A stretch of DNA of 64,000 nt from a virus (Duplodnaviria; Caudoviricetes): IMG/VR virus record IMGVR_UViG_3300005675_000082, positions 3,777 through 67,776 of that record; one strand, given 5' to 3'. The notes under the pieces were generated by a model that saw only the letters and a list, made by a program, of their open reading frames with translations, made no database searches and was not told where the DNA came from. Shown one piece after another: positions 63,124 through 64,000 of the stretch. The position numbers and the translations under genes were made by a program. How positions within the stretch are numbered: position 1 is the stretch's first letter; every line of letters begins with the position of its first letter.

Positions 63124-63357
63124 TCACAGTTCAAGTTTCAACTGACGTTCTTCGTGTGGGCAATCTTCAAACAGCGATGCAATACCACCGCTGGCGTCGA
63201 AGGCTTCACAGGTCATGCGCTCGACAATTAGACCATCGCAAATCATCTCGTACACCCGTTTAGCGGTTGATTTACTGCGATGGTCAAGACTCACAGCGCG
63301 GACGCATCCGCAGTCCTTGCGCCCGATGTAAACATGCGTGGGTTTCTGGTCGGTCAC
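63124..63357 (-). CDS. Hypothetical protein
   Basis: 77 aa; ends QLKLEL. Confidence 0.55.
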   Translation of the reverse strand: MTDQKPTHVYIGRKDCGCVRAVSLDHRSKSTAKRVYEMICDGLIVERMTCEAFDASGGIASLFEDCPHEERQLKLEL

Positions 63358-63686
63358 GGCTTTTGCTCCATCAGGTCTATCACGGGTTGAAGCGCTGCCT
63401 GCATCCGTTCCTGCACCTGCGGCGTTAAAAATGGCATCATCGACTGGATTGCGTCCAGCAGCGCATTGTTGATGGTCACGGCGCGGGACTCAATCTCTTG
63501 CAAGCGTCGCACCTCAGCCAGCAGCGCGCGAATATCTGTCAACGACTTACCTAGTACCACGTCGCTGTCTGTTGATTGCACAGGAATGCACATGCGCCAT
63601 TCATGTTGACGCTGGCACAGGGCGTACAGTTCATTCTCTGAGGCAGCGGCACGTTGTTCAATAGCTTGTAGTTCCTGTTCGTTCAC
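63354..63686 (-). CDS. Hypothetical protein (Ead-like)
   Basis: EL.AIEQRA...DI.ALLAEVRRL. Confidence 0.55.
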   Translation of the reverse strand: MNEQELQAIEQRAAASENELYALCQRQHEWRMCIPVQSTDSDVVLGKSLTDIRALLAEVRRLQEIESRAVTINNALLDAIQSMMPFLTPQVQERMQAALQPVIDLMEQKP

Positions 63687-63949
63687 AATTCCTCCTCAGC
63701 GCCACCGAGCGCTATTAGAATAATCTGCTGTGCCATCTGGATTGAACCTTTTAGCGAAATGTCCAATTCAAAGAGTTCATATAACGTCGGGTTTGAAGGG
63801 GCTGTTCGCGACATTGCATCTTCCAGCAGTTTATCGACACGTTCCAGCGCCGCGCGGTAGCTGTCAGGCAGATGCAGCGCACGCTTGGCGTTCGCCAGAT
63901 CAAGGCGGCAGGCGTTCAGCGTGCCTTCCAGCCACAGTTCGTAGCTCAC
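63683..63949 (-). CDS. Hypothetical protein
   Basis: 88 aa, coupled. Confidence 0.5.
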   Translation of the reverse strand: MSYELWLEGTLNACRLDLANAKRALHLPDSYRAALERVDKLLEDAMSRTAPSNPTLYELFELDISLKGSIQMAQQIILIALGGAEEEL

Positions 63950-64000
63950 AGGCGAATAATGCCGCGCACGCTGCTCGGCGCAGTACGCGGCGTAGTCGGC

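Noticed and set aside
1-64000. Integrase, att sites, CI repressor, gene transfer agent or alternative genetic code
   Set aside because: No tyrosine/serine recombinase or S24 peptidase-HTH ORF in the window (may lie outside it). Replication genes argue against a GTA. Core genes read through intact in code 11.

Overview
The window is about 64 kb of a tailed dsDNA phage or prophage genome with an HK97-fold head and a long non-contractile tail; neither end of the genome is seen. The host is probably Chloroflexota or another phylum that uses the GAAC-N4-GTTC LexA box (inference). Layout: the 3' part of a large structured ncRNA (1-526); a separately promoted virion-accessory/fibre operon (623-7260); a leftward accessory block (7.3-13.9 kb); the main morphogenesis and lysis operon (terS, terL, portal, protease, capsid, neck, tail, lysin; 14.1-39.6 kb); a leftward early/replication block (Bro-N, MTase, SNF2, DnaB, initiator, SSAP; 39.6-54.5 kb); a rightward block with ParA and an LmbU-like protein (54.8-61.6 kb); and leftward small genes. 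No integrase, CI-like repressor, reverse transcriptase or CRISPR array is visible. The most notable signals are: (i) a portal-2H phosphoesterase (Acb1-like)-MuF triple fusion; (ii) seven copies of a 20-22 bp palindrome resembling parS half-sites separated by 6 bp, plus a ParA/LmbU-like pair, iterons and an antisense RNA upstream of rep, suggesting a phage-plasmid with an atypical partition system; (iii) eleven LexA-like boxes, nearly all on promoters, including late structural ones; (iv) a Mu Com-like protein with Com-type RNA hairpins before both the head and tape-measure genes; (v) a shared structured leader before unrelated nuclease genes; (vi) an HNH insertion that rebuilds the start of the gene it disrupted. 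All family assignments come from motif recognition by eye; no database searches were run.
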